DNA of 64,000 nucleotides from Planktothrix tepida (lineage in GTDB: Bacteria; Cyanobacteriota; Cyanobacteriia; Cyanobacteriales; Microcoleaceae): assembly GCF_904830955.1 (NCBI RefSeq), contig NZ_LR882970.1. One strand, given 5' to 3'. Positions 18,032 to 28,331 of the stretch are shown piece after piece. Below the pieces are notes generated by a model. It saw nothing but the letters and a program-made list of their open reading frames with translations. It made no database searches and had not been told where the DNA came from. Both the position numbers and the translations under genes were made by a program. Every line of letters begins with the position of its first letter. The stretch's first letter is position 1.

Positions 18032-20941
18032 TTGAGGGTTGACTGTTGTTGGTGTGGGCGAGTCGCGCTGATGCACCCTACTCCTTGTCTCCTCCTTTCC
18101 TCTGTTCCCAACACCCTAAAAATAATGGGAGAATCTTTGTCCCCAGATCGTAAATTTATTACTACTGAACCCCTGTTTATGGCAGGAGAAAAAGCCGAAT
18201 CTCAAGTCTGGATGGCGATTTGTCAAAGCTTTGAGCCACGAGATTGTATTGCCTATTGGCGTTATCCGATTTTCTCAAAATTGGGAACCTTTCGGAAAGA
18301 ACCGGATATTTTAATCGTAGATGCAGAATTGGGATTAATTATTATTGAGGTGAAATCAATAACGATTGAGCAAATTCTGGGAATTACAGGTCATCGTTGG
18401 GAACTCCAAGAATTTTATACGACCCAGGCGAACCCCTATCAACAGGCAGAACATCAACTCTTTGCCCTACTGGACTATTGCAATTTAGAAGAGATTCTGC
18501 ATCAGAAGGTTCCGGGTCGTGTCCTCGTCGCCTTACCTCGCATTCTTCACTCTCAATGGCAATACCGGGGATTTGATCGGTTGCCGAGTTCTCCTCCTAT
18601 TCTATTTCAAGAGGATCTGGGGTTTAAGGGGGTCGAATCTTCGATCACAGCAAACACACCCTTTTTCTCGGAACCGTCACCTGTCAACGGTCAAGATTCC
18701 AGTTTAATTGAAAAAATTGAGAATGCACCGTTAGTCACGCGGGGAAGTGAACTTTCTGAGGAACAATGGGGACTGTTAAAGGCGGTCATTAGTGGAACAC
18801 CGTTATTTCGTCCACCGACTCGTCGCTTTTTTTTCAGCCAAACGGATGATTTAGAAACCGCTTTAACCCGCAGTGCGGTCTTAGCTATTGCTAGACAACG
18901 TATTTCTGAACTGGATTTACAACAGGAACAAATTGCCAAAGTGATCCCCCCAGGGCCACAACGAATTCGGGGAATTGCGGGTTCAGGAAAAACGGTGTTA
19001 CTGTGTCAAAAAGCAGCACAAATGCACCTGAAAAATCCTGAATGGGATATTGCGTTTGTATTTTTTAGTCGGAGTTTATATGATCCAATTTTACAACAAA
19101 TTGATCAATGGTTAAGGCGATTTAGTTGCAATCAAATCAGGTATGATCCCCAGAATTCTAAATTAAAAGTTCTTCATGCTTGGGGGGCAAAGGATCAACC
19201 CGGTTTTTATCGCACCATTTGTCAAGCTGCGGGAGTTTGGAGCCAAAGTGTTCAACAAACAACTCGTTCAAACGCGAATGAAGCCTTAGCAGAAGCTTGT
19301 TATCATTTATTAGCATCGGCAACGATTCCCGCTATTTTTGATGCTATTTTAATTGATGAAGGTCAGGATTTTATTGTTGAGGAAGATCTAAAATTTGAGG
19401 GAAAACAGCCCTTTTATTGGATGGCGTATCAAGCCTTACGTCCTGTTCATCGGGAAGAAGACAATAATTCTGAAATTCCTCAAAAACGCTTGATTTGGGC
19501 TTATGATGAAGTTCAAAGTTTAGAAAGTTTAAAAGTGCCGACGGCGAGTGAATTATTTGGAGATGAGTGGGGACAATTAGTTACGGGAGAATATGGCAAC
19601 GGAATTAAAAAAACAGAGATTATGTCTCGATGTTATCGGATTCCAGCCCCGATTTTAACGGCGGCTCATGGGATTGGTTTGGGGTTATTGCGTCCGCAAG
19701 GATTATTAACCGGAATGAAGTGGGCAGAAGATTGGGAAACGATGGGGTATAAAGTCATATTAACAAATTTGAAAGAACCAGAAAATGATCCCCACAATTC
19801 TCCTTTAAAATTGGGCGAAACGATTACCCTTTATCGTCCTGAACACAATTCACCTAATCCTGTATCAGCGTTATGGAAAAAACCTTTAATTGAATTTGAA
19901 GCTTATCGTTCTCGTTCCGAAGAATTAACCGCCTTAAGCGATCGCATTCTATATAACTTAAAAATTGATGGCTTGCGTCCCAGTCGAGAAATTTTAGTCA
20001 TTGTTTTAGGAATGGGATGGGAAGCGATAGAACTTGAAACCAAGATTGCTAACTTTTTAATGCAGCAAGGAATTGATATTTTTATCCCTGGAACACCGGA
20101 CTGTAATATTCTCAAACCGACTTCTAATAATGCCCATGCGAATCAATTTTGGTGTGAAGGCGGGGTAACTATTTCTCGTATTCATCGAGCGAAAGGACAT
20201 GAAGCTGATATGGTTTATTTGGTGGGTTTAGATCAAATTGCGGTTGCTGAAAATAATCTTAATTTCCGTAATCAATTATTTGTGGCGATGACTCGTTCAC
20301 GGGGTTGGCTGAGGTTAAGCGGTTTAGGTTCCTATCCTTTTTATGAAGAATTAGCACGAGTCATTGAAAGCGGAAATACTTTAACGTTTCGTTTACGGTT
20401 TCCCCCCCAACGGGATATTAGCATCACCGATGGCGGAGAACTGCTGCGAAGATATAAGAATGGCGATCGCAATTTTCAAGGCGCAAATCTATCCGCTCTC
20501 GATTTAACGGGGGTGAATTTAAGTCATGCTAATTTAATTGGAGCGAATCTTCAACAAACCAACCTCACCCATGCTAACTTAAATTACGCTAAATTAGTAG
20601 TGGCGAATTTAAGCCAAGCTAACATGACAGGTGCTAATCTACAGCGAGTCAAATGTGTTGGCACTAATTTACAACAGACTCGATTGAATTCTTGTGATTT
20701 GAGTCGTGCAGATCTCAGTCATGCTGATTTGAGTCAGGCGCAATTGGTTCGTGCTAATTTGAAGGATGCTAATTTGAGTGGGACAAATTTAACACAGGCT
20801 GATCTTTCCTATGCTACTCTTCAGGGTGCTGTTGTTAATGAGGCCAACGGCACAGAAGTAATCCTAACAGGGGCAATATTACCCGATGGTTGGATATTTG
20901 CAGGGGCTATCGGACGACCCTCACTGAATCAATTATCATGA
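18032..20941 (+). CDS. NERD domain / superfamily-1 (UvrD-like) helicase / pentapeptide-repeat fusion protein
   Basis: NERD-like N-terminus (PDILIVDAELGLIIIEVKS). Walker A GIAGSGKTVLL, Walker B ILIDEGQDF, and a UvrD motif VI-like TISRIHRAKGHEADMV. The C-terminal about 150 aa are tandem A(N/D)LSxA(N/D)LxxA pentapeptide repeats. The likely true start is the Met at 18125. Confidence 0.7.
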   Translation: MRVDCCWCGRVALMHPTPCLLLSSVPNTLKIMGESLSPDRKFITTEPLFMAGEKAESQVWMAICQSFEPRDCIAYWRYPIFSKLGTFRKEPDILIVDAELGLIIIEVKSITIEQILGITGHRWELQEFYTTQANPYQQAEHQLFALLDYCNLEEILHQKVPGRVLVALPRILHSQWQYRGFDRLPSSPPILFQEDLGFKGVESSITANTPFFSEPSPVNGQDSSLIEKIENAPLVTRGSELSEEQWGLLKAVISGTPLFRPPTRRFFFSQTDDLETALTRSAVLAIARQRISELDLQQEQIAKVIPPGPQRIRGIAGSGKTVLLCQKAAQMHLKNPEWDIAFVFFSRSLYDPILQQIDQWLRRFSCNQIRYDPQNSKLKVLHAWGAKDQPGFYRTICQAAGVWSQSVQQTTRSNANEALAEACYHLLASATIPAIFDAILIDEGQDFIVEEDLKFEGKQPFYWMAYQALRPVHREEDNNSEIPQKRLIWAYDEVQSLESLKVPTASELFGDEWGQLVTGEYGNGIKKTEIMSRCYRIPAPILTAAHGIGLGLLRPQGLLTGMKWAEDWETMGYKVILTNLKEPENDPHNSPLKLGETITLYRPEHNSPNPVSALWKKPLIEFEAYRSRSEELTALSDRILYNLKIDGLRPSREILVIVLGMGWEAIELETKIANFLMQQGIDIFIPGTPDCNILKPTSNNAHANQFWCEGGVTISRIHRAKGHEADMVYLVGLDQIAVAENNLNFRNQLFVAMTRSRGWLRLSGLGSYPFYEELARVIESGNTLTFRLRFPPQRDISITDGGELLRRYKNGDRNFQGANLSALDLTGVNLSHANLIGANLQQTNLTHANLNYAKLVVANLSQANMTGANLQRVKCVGTNLQQTRLNSCDLSRADLSHADLSQAQLVRANLKDANLSGTNLTQADLSYATLQGAVVNEANGTEVILTGAILPDGWIFAGAIGRPSLNQLS

Positions 20942-21135
20942 AAAGAGTTGAGGATGTTGAGCGCTGAGAGTTGACCGTTGTATGTTCTGACACCCGCTAC
21001 CTCCACCCGCCACCGCGTACTCAACAAACCGCTTCGTAACTTGCCTTTCTGATGTGAAGGAGTGAGGTGTTAATCACCACACGTCCTATTTCCAGATGAC
21101 ACCCTTTCCCGGTTTCGATAAACAAGAACCCCGCT

Positions 21136-24100
21136 ATGATCACTTTACCTGGCTATCAGATTCTTAACCCGATCTATAATGGTTCGAGAACACTGGTTTA
21201 TCGTGGGATTCGTTTGTCTGATGGTTACCCGGTTGTGATTAAACTATTACGCAGTGAATATCCAACCGTACCCTCTTTGATTGAATTTAGAAATCAATAT
21301 CGCATTGCCAAAGCTCTTAATATATCCGGTATTGTTCCGATTCTGGATTTGGAACCCTATTGTAATGGGTTTGCCTTGATTATGGCTGATCAAGGCTATA
21401 TTTCACTAGCCGATTATTTAGTACAGCGAGAACTAACCTTAAGTGAATTATTAAAAATTGCCATTGAAATTACTCAAATTTTAGAACAATTGTATCAACA
21501 TCGGGTGATTCATAAAGATGTTAAACTGCAAAATATTTTAATTCACCCGGAAACTTTGAAAGTTCAACTGATTGATTTTAGTATTTCTATTCAACTGAAT
21601 CATTCCCATCAAGAAGTTGTTAATTCTCAAGGATTAGAAGGAACTTTAGCTTATATGTCTCCCGAACAAACCGGACGAACCCATCGGGGTATTGATTATC
21701 GCACAGATTTGTATTCTTTAGGCGTAACACTTTATCAATTATTAACTCGAAAACTTCCGTTTCCATCTTCTGATCCCCTAGAATTAATTCATGCTCATTT
21801 AGCCCTGCTTCCTCAGCCTTTAAGCGAAATTAAACCGACCTTACCGATAATGCTCAATAATATTATTTTAAAATTGATGGCTAAAAATCCAGAGGAGCGT
21901 TATCAAACTCCATTAGGACTGCGCTATGATTTAGAAAATTGTTTAGAACAATGGGAAAAACTGGGGGATATTCCTCCGTTTCCTTTGGCGACGATTGACT
22001 TAAATGATCGATTTATTATTCCCAATAAATTTTATGGACGAGAGCCAGAAATTGAGCGTTTAAATTCGATTGTGAACACGGCTCAATCAGAAATTATTGT
22101 AATTACAGGTCAATCAGGAATTGGCAAGTCTTCCCTGGTTCAAGAATTCTATCAAACCGTTGCATATTGTGGAACAGGAGTTTTGCCTATAACTCATTGT
22201 GTCACCTTAGACAGTTATTTTATCACAGGCAAATTTGATCAATTTAAAACGAATACGCCTTTTTGGGGATGGGTACAAGGGATTAAACAATTAATTCAAC
22301 AAGTATTAACTGAACCTTTGGAACAGGTAGAAGCTTGGAAAAAGAAACTTTTAAATGGACTCGGAGATCAAGCCCCGGTTTTAATGGCTGTTATTCCTGA
22401 ACTGAAAGTTTTATTAAATCAACAGTCTTCCCTGACTGAATCAGAGGTTAATCTTGACCTGAATCAATTTAATCGTTTAATTCAAAAGCTAATTCAAACT
22501 TTTGCCAAACCTCATCATCCCTTAGTCATTTTTTTAGATGATTTACAATGGGCAGATGTTGAATCCTTACGATTAATTCAGGTTTTGATGAGTCCTGAAC
22601 AAAATATTTATTCTACACCTCCAACCTTAGTGCTAATTTTAGCGTATCGGGATGACGAGATCGGGGAAACACATCCTTTAATTAAAATCTTAGAAACCTT
22701 AGAAAATTCAGGAATTCCCTTACATCGAATTCCTTTAAATGCTTTAGAAGATTCTGCGATTAATCAACTAATAGCAGAAACATTAGTTTGTTCCTTAGAC
22801 CGGGCTAAACCTTTGGCAGAATTAGTCAGTCAAAAAACTCAAGGAAATCCTTTTTTTGTTCGTCAATTTCTACAAACCTTATATACAGAAGAACTAATTT
22901 GGTTTAATCCGCCTCAATCTTCCTTAAAAAATCGAAATTTATTCGGAGGTTGGCAATGTAATTTAACTCAAATTAAAACCCGTTCGATTAACTCTAATAT
23001 TTTAGATTTAATTCTTCATCAATTACAACAATTACCTCCAGACACCCAAGAAATTTTAAAAATTGCGGCTTGTTTAGGAAATCAATTTAATGCCGTAGAT
23101 TTAGCTACCGTAACTGAAAAAACTTATTTAGAAACATTAAAAGCTTTAGAAATTGCTTTACAGGCTCAATTTATTGTTATTGCTAGAGATATTTATCCCT
23201 TTTATTCCTTAGAAACTGAAGTATTTTCCCCTCCACACTTTGATCCAAATGAAACCTTACCGTTGTTACAGCCCGGTATTGATAAATACCAATTTATTCA
23301 TGACCGAGTTCAACAAGCTGCTTATCTTTTAATTCCAACTCATCAACGACAAGCGACTCATTTAAAAATCGGAAATTCGCTTTTAAATCAAATCAAAAAA
23401 CAATATTTTAATCAATCCATTAAGATTATTTTACATATAATTTCAACCGAAGTTTTATTAAATATCATTAATCAACTCAATTTAGGAGTAGGCTTAATTC
23501 AGGATCAAAAAGAACGAGATCAATTAGCCTTATTTAATTTAATAGCCGGACAAAAAGCGAAAATTGCCACCGCCTATCCGACAGCTATTGGACATTTAGC
23601 GATTGGTCTGGGGTTATTGGTAACGGAGAGTTGGGAACGAGACTATCAATTAACATTAGAATTATACACAGAAGCAGCAGAAATTGCTTATCTCAGCCAA
23701 GATTGGGAAAATTTACACAAGTGGGGAAATATTGTTTTAGAAAATGTTAAAATATTCGGGCATAAAGTAAGAATTTATGAATTAATGATTCAAGCTTATA
23801 GGAGCCAAAATCAAGATCACAATGCGGTCAATCTTGCGTTAGCTGTTTGTCAACAATTAGGGTTCACCTGGGGTGATAATTTTAGTGAAGAAAGTTGGCA
23901 GGAATTCAAGCATAATTTTATTAAAAATTTAGGGGGAAGAACACCCTTAGCATTATTAGATTTACCCGAATTATCTAATACTAATTTAGTAAATTTATTT
24001 AGAATTTTAACCTCTGCTTTTCCTTCTGCTTATCGGGTAATTCCCAAACAATTCCCATTTTGGGTTTTAAAACTGGTTCATTTATCCTATCAACAAGGAA

Positions 24101-27100
24101 ATACAACGTTATCAAGTTTTGTCTATGCTGTATTTGGATTTATTCTTTGTACGCAAGGGGAAATTGAGTTCGGAAATCAAATGGGAGAATTAGCTTTAGA
24201 ATTATCGCAAAAACAAGCAAATTTTGCAATAATTATCAAAGTTAAACAACTGGTTTATCGGTTTATTAAACCTTGGAAAACTTCCTTAAAGCAGATTTTA
24301 TCTCCTCTCAAAACTTGCTATTTACAAGCTCAAGAAGCCGGGAGAATTGATGAAGCTTATTGTCTTGCTCAAGCTTATCTTGAAATCGCTTATTTCACGG
24401 GAAACGATGTCTCTGAATTGGAGCTTGAATTGAGTCGGTGTTTAAATCAGTTACAAAATTTTAAATCTCCGTCAGAACTATTAATTTTTACAACCTATCA
24501 TCAAAGCTTGCAAATTTTAAATGGAAAATTAGAGGGAGACACCTCATTAAATTTTACGGGTCATGCTGAAAACGGGACAATAGGAACGACTGAAATTGGA
24601 TATTCTTCCCAGGAAATTCCTTTTGAACTTAGTTTAAATTTCATGGTTCTGAATTATAGATTAGATAGATTACAACAGGCGAAGGAATGGTCTCAGCAAG
24701 CTGAATGCTATTTAAACAAAGACACCTATTTTGTTTTACAACCGTTTTTTTATTGTTATCAATCTTTAATTGATTTAGCAATCTACCCGGAGTTATCGTC
24801 AGAAGACCAAGTTAAAATTTCAGAAAAAGTAACTCAAAACCAAGAAAAATTAAAAGCTTTTTCTCAGGGGACTCCGATGAACTTTTCCCATCTATTTTAT
24901 TTGGTGGAGGCAGAATTTAACCACATTCAAGGAGATTATATTAAAGCCATTGAAGCTTATGAACAAGCGATTATGCTGGCTAAAACCTATCAGTTTATTC
25001 AGGAAGAAGCTTTAGCAGAGGAATTAGCGGCTAAATTTTATTTAGATTGGGGAAAAGAAAAAATTGCCAGGGTTTATTTAATTGATGCTTATTATAGTTA
25101 TGCTCATTGGGGTGCTTTTGCCAAAGTGAAGGATTTAGAATCTCGTTATCCTCAACTTTTAAATTCTATTTTAGCACAACTTGTTATTCCCACAACAGGA
25201 ACAACAATCAGTAATAATACGACAGAAACCATTATTTCTAGTAGTCATGGAGGTTCGGCTGCTCTCGATTTAGCAACGGTGACAAAAGCTTCTCAAGCTT
25301 TATCTCAAGAAATCGATTTAGAACAACTCTTGAAACGATTAATTCAAGTGGTGATTGAAAACGCAGGAGCCGAAAAATGTTGTATTCTTTTATCTAAATC
25401 GGGAAAATTAGCGATAGAAGCAATAGCCAGTTTAAATCCGATTAACGGAGGGTCTATTGAGATTGAATCCTTATTAAAATCTGTTTCTGTAGAGCAAAGT
25501 AATGCCTTACCTTTATTGATTCTGAATACCGTGATTCAAACCCAAGAGTTTATGATTTTAGCAGATGCTCGTCAAGAATCTCGGTATCGTAATGATCCTT
25601 ATTTAATAGAACATCAATCCAAATCAATCCTCATGACTCCCATTCAAAATCGGGGGAAATTGATTGGAATTCTGTACCTTGAAAATAACTTAGCAACCGC
25701 AGTGTTTACTCCAGAACGATTAGAAGTCCTCAAAATTCTGTTTTCTCAAGCCGCGATTTCCATTGACAATGCTAAACTTTATTCTCAAGTTCGCAATAAT
25801 GAACAACAGATGACGCAATTCTTAGAAGGAATTCCGGTTGGCGTTGCTGTTTTAGACCCTACGGGTAAACCCTATTTTACCAATCAAAAAGCTCAACAAT
25901 TGCTCAAAACTAAAGTCACTCCTGGATTATTTTGTGAAGCTTTATCTAATATTTATCAAGCTTATCTCAATTGGTGTCAACAGCATCAATTTGATCAATT
26001 AACACCTTATTGTGATTTATATAATCCTACACCCGATACCACGTTTATTTTAGAAGTGAATCAGGGAGAACAAACGATATTGCTTGAAAATTGGGTGACA
26101 CCGACTTATGATGAAGAGGGGGATTTAATGTATGCGATTCTAGCGTTCCAAGATATAACAAAACGTCAGCAAACAGAACTGGCTTTAAGGCAAGCTGAAG
26201 AAAAATATCGCAGTATATTTGAAAATGCCAGTGAAGGCTTATTTCAAACCACCAGGGAGGGGCATTATATCAGTGCAAATCCTGCCTTGGCGAAGATTTT
26301 AGGTTATGATTCTCCCTGGGATTTAATGTCAACGGTGAGGAATGTTGAAGAACAAATTTATGTAGATTCTCAACGCCGATTAGATTTTATACAATTAATT
26401 GATCAACAAGGGGAAGTTTCAGGATTTGAATTTAAAGCCTACCGCAAAGATGGCAGCATTATTTGGATTTCAGAAAATGCACGGGCTGTCTTTAATGATA
26501 AAAATGAATTACTTTATTATGAAGGGTTTGTCGTTGATATTACAGAACGAAAAACTGCCGAAGAAGAACGCTTACAATTTATGGCAAAACTTTCAGAATT
26601 GAATCATCATTTAGATGAAGCGTTAGATTCGGAATTTGAACTGACGGATGCAGCGGCGCGATTTGTTCCCCATGAATTTTTATCTTTTTTAGGTTATGAA
26701 AGTATTGTGGAAGTTCAGTTAGGGGCAGCAGTTCAAAAAGAAATGTCGATTTTATTTGCTGATATTCGGGATTTTACCAGTCTTTCTGAAGATATGACTC
26801 CTGAAGATAATTTTAAATTTATTAATGCGTTTTTAAGCCGTATGGAACCTGCCATCGTCGAAAATTATGGTTTTATTGATAAATATATTGGGGATGAAAT
26901 TATGGCATTATTTGGCGGGTCTGCTGATGATGCAGTTCGGGCTGGGATTTCAATGATTAGCCGACTGAATGAGTATAATGAAACCCGACAACGCCCCGAA
27001 CGTCCTCCGATTAAAATTGGGATTGGTATTAATACCGGAGGATTAATGTTAGGAATTGTGGGGGGTAAAAATCGACTGGATAGTACGGTTATTAGTGATT

Positions 27101-27462
27101 CGGTCAATGTCGCTTCTCGCATTGAGAATTTAACAAAAAATTATGGGGTGTCTTTATTAATTACCCATCCCACTTTTATGGCTTTAGAAAATGCCAACGA
27201 GTATGCAATTCGGATTATTGATCGAGTCAAAGTCAAAGGAAAATCCGATGCGGTAACGGTATATGAAGTATTTGATTCAGATTTGCCGGAAATAAAAGCT
27301 GGAAAACTTCGGACAAAAACCACCTTTGAATATGGATTAATGCAATATTATTTAGAACGTTACTCAGAGGCTGCCAGATTATTCCAAGAATGCCTACATC
27401 ACCTCCCTATGGATAAAGTTGCTCAAATTTATTTAGAACGCTGTTTATCTAAAATGTTCTAA
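21136..27462 (+). CDS. multidomain signalling protein: Ser/Thr kinase-like domain, AAA_16 (STAND) ATPase, TPR-like helical region, GAF, PAS, class III adenylate/guanylate cyclase
   Basis: Kinase subdomains VVIKLL, HKDVKLQNILI, DFS, SPEQ. The P-loop is GQSGIGKSS and the Walker B is FLDDLQWAD. GAF region around LEQLLKRLIQVV..ILYLEN. PAS around EEKYRSIFENASEGLF. Cyclase motifs FADIRDFTSL, KYIGDEIMALFG, IGINTGGLMLGIVGG, SVNVASRIE. Confidence 0.8.
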   Translation: MITLPGYQILNPIYNGSRTLVYRGIRLSDGYPVVIKLLRSEYPTVPSLIEFRNQYRIAKALNISGIVPILDLEPYCNGFALIMADQGYISLADYLVQRELTLSELLKIAIEITQILEQLYQHRVIHKDVKLQNILIHPETLKVQLIDFSISIQLNHSHQEVVNSQGLEGTLAYMSPEQTGRTHRGIDYRTDLYSLGVTLYQLLTRKLPFPSSDPLELIHAHLALLPQPLSEIKPTLPIMLNNIILKLMAKNPEERYQTPLGLRYDLENCLEQWEKLGDIPPFPLATIDLNDRFIIPNKFYGREPEIERLNSIVNTAQSEIIVITGQSGIGKSSLVQEFYQTVAYCGTGVLPITHCVTLDSYFITGKFDQFKTNTPFWGWVQGIKQLIQQVLTEPLEQVEAWKKKLLNGLGDQAPVLMAVIPELKVLLNQQSSLTESEVNLDLNQFNRLIQKLIQTFAKPHHPLVIFLDDLQWADVESLRLIQVLMSPEQNIYSTPPTLVLILAYRDDEIGETHPLIKILETLENSGIPLHRIPLNALEDSAINQLIAETLVCSLDRAKPLAELVSQKTQGNPFFVRQFLQTLYTEELIWFNPPQSSLKNRNLFGGWQCNLTQIKTRSINSNILDLILHQLQQLPPDTQEILKIAACLGNQFNAVDLATVTEKTYLETLKALEIALQAQFIVIARDIYPFYSLETEVFSPPHFDPNETLPLLQPGIDKYQFIHDRVQQAAYLLIPTHQRQATHLKIGNSLLNQIKKQYFNQSIKIILHIISTEVLLNIINQLNLGVGLIQDQKERDQLALFNLIAGQKAKIATAYPTAIGHLAIGLGLLVTESWERDYQLTLELYTEAAEIAYLSQDWENLHKWGNIVLENVKIFGHKVRIYELMIQAYRSQNQDHNAVNLALAVCQQLGFTWGDNFSEESWQEFKHNFIKNLGGRTPLALLDLPELSNTNLVNLFRILTSAFPSAYRVIPKQFPFWVLKLVHLSYQQGNTTLSSFVYAVFGFILCTQGEIEFGNQMGELALELSQKQANFAIIIKVKQLVYRFIKPWKTSLKQILSPLKTCYLQAQEAGRIDEAYCLAQAYLEIAYFTGNDVSELELELSRCLNQLQNFKSPSELLIFTTYHQSLQILNGKLEGDTSLNFTGHAENGTIGTTEIGYSSQEIPFELSLNFMVLNYRLDRLQQAKEWSQQAECYLNKDTYFVLQPFFYCYQSLIDLAIYPELSSEDQVKISEKVTQNQEKLKAFSQGTPMNFSHLFYLVEAEFNHIQGDYIKAIEAYEQAIMLAKTYQFIQEEALAEELAAKFYLDWGKEKIARVYLIDAYYSYAHWGAFAKVKDLESRYPQLLNSILAQLVIPTTGTTISNNTTETIISSSHGGSAALDLATVTKASQALSQEIDLEQLLKRLIQVVIENAGAEKCCILLSKSGKLAIEAIASLNPINGGSIEIESLLKSVSVEQSNALPLLILNTVIQTQEFMILADARQESRYRNDPYLIEHQSKSILMTPIQNRGKLIGILYLENNLATAVFTPERLEVLKILFSQAAISIDNAKLYSQVRNNEQQMTQFLEGIPVGVAVLDPTGKPYFTNQKAQQLLKTKVTPGLFCEALSNIYQAYLNWCQQHQFDQLTPYCDLYNPTPDTTFILEVNQGEQTILLENWVTPTYDEEGDLMYAILAFQDITKRQQTELALRQAEEKYRSIFENASEGLFQTTREGHYISANPALAKILGYDSPWDLMSTVRNVEEQIYVDSQRRLDFIQLIDQQGEVSGFEFKAYRKDGSIIWISENARAVFNDKNELLYYEGFVVDITERKTAEEERLQFMAKLSELNHHLDEALDSEFELTDAAARFVPHEFLSFLGYESIVEVQLGAAVQKEMSILFADIRDFTSLSEDMTPEDNFKFINAFLSRMEPAIVENYGFIDKYIGDEIMALFGGSADDAVRAGISMISRLNEYNETRQRPERPPIKIGIGINTGGLMLGIVGGKNRLDSTVISDSVNVASRIENLTKNYGVSLLITHPTFMALENANEYAIRIIDRVKVKGKSDAVTVYEVFDSDLPEIKAGKLRTKTTFEYGLMQYYLERYSEAARLFQECLHHLPMDKVAQIYLERCLSKMF

Positions 27463-27476
27463 GTCTTTGATATGAT

Positions 27477-28016
27477 TTGAACAATCCTTTGTGTGTTGAA
27501 CGATTACCCAGTATGAGCGATCTGTATATTTCAGCGACGGAATACCACCACAAAATTGAAACCTTAGCCGTAAAAATTTATCAGTCTCAATGGCAATTTA
27601 ATCAAATTGTCTGTTTAGCGAGGGGAGGGTTACGAGTCGGGGATATTCTTTCTCGGATTTTTGAACAACCGATGGCGATTTTAGCGACATCATCTTATCA
27701 TGGGCTAGGGGGAAAAGTTCGAGGCGCGATCAAAATTGCTGAACACTTAACTATGACCACAGACACCTTGGGAAGTCACGTTTTATTAGTGGATGATTTA
27801 GTCGATTCTGGGATTAGTTTACAAGAATCTATCCGGTGGTTGAAATCCCGTTATCCTCAAATCCAAGAGATGAAAACGGCTGTTCTCTGGTATAAAAGTT
27901 GTTCAGTAATGGCTCCCGATTATTTTGTGGATTATCTGGCGGATAACCCTTGGATTCATCAACCCTTTGAATGTTATGAAAACATGAATTTAGCCGAGTT
28001 GGAACAGCCGGGTTAA
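27477..28016 (+). CDS. gpt: xanthine-guanine phosphoribosyltransferase-like (type I PRTase)
   Basis: ARGGLRVG..ILATSSYH..VLLVDDLVDSGISL..PWIHQPFE is colinear with the E. coli Gpt PRPP-binding and hood regions as I recall them. It starts 15 bp after the megaprotein stop. Confidence 0.65.
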   Translation: MNNPLCVERLPSMSDLYISATEYHHKIETLAVKIYQSQWQFNQIVCLARGGLRVGDILSRIFEQPMAILATSSYHGLGGKVRGAIKIAEHLTMTTDTLGSHVLLVDDLVDSGISLQESIRWLKSRYPQIQEMKTAVLWYKSCSVMAPDYFVDYLADNPWIHQPFECYENMNLAELEQPG

Positions 28017-28043
28017 ACAAGATGACTAATCGCTTTTTCTCAC

Positions 28044-28105
28044 CCCCTGTTCCCTATTTTCTTTTCCCTTCTGTTCCCTGTTCCCAGTTAAGCTGTTCCC
28101 TCTTC
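28044..28105. repeat. (GGGAACA)n-family tandem repeat (reverse orientation: CCCTGTTCC)
   Basis: CCCCCTGTTCCCTATTTTCTTTTCCCTTCTGTTCCCTGTTCCCAG..GCTGTTCCCTCTTCC. Confidence 0.7.
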
Positions 28106-28259
28106 CTCTCGATAGATTGTAAAATCTTAATTTTATCGATGTAAAATATTTGATTTTCTTAACATCTGGGGAACACACAATTTAAAAATCCTGTGTTATC
28201 TTAAAAAGCGTAAACACTGAACGCATTAAACCGTTTAGGGAGCCAAGGAGGTGATGCCC

Positions 28260-28331
28260 ATGATTGAAAGTAGTAAACGCATGGGTCGCCGGATTGGAAA
28301 ATGCCGACTGTGCGCCGGGGCTGTCATCTAG
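28260..28331 (+). other. candidate 23-codon small ORF / leader with strong SD upstream of phhB
   Basis: AAGGAGG at 28245-28251, 8 nt before ATG 28260. Encodes MIESSKRMGRRIGKCRLCAGAVI*. Lies in a 500-bp 5' region that also has extensive pairing potential. Confidence 0.25.

Noticed and set aside
27477-28016. Gpt-like PRTase as a defence-system effector (retron or Pycsar-style)
   Set aside because: The sequence matches housekeeping xanthine-guanine PRTase closely, rather than the nucleoside 2-deoxyribosyltransferase-like PRTase effectors of retrons. Kept as a low-interest linkage note only.
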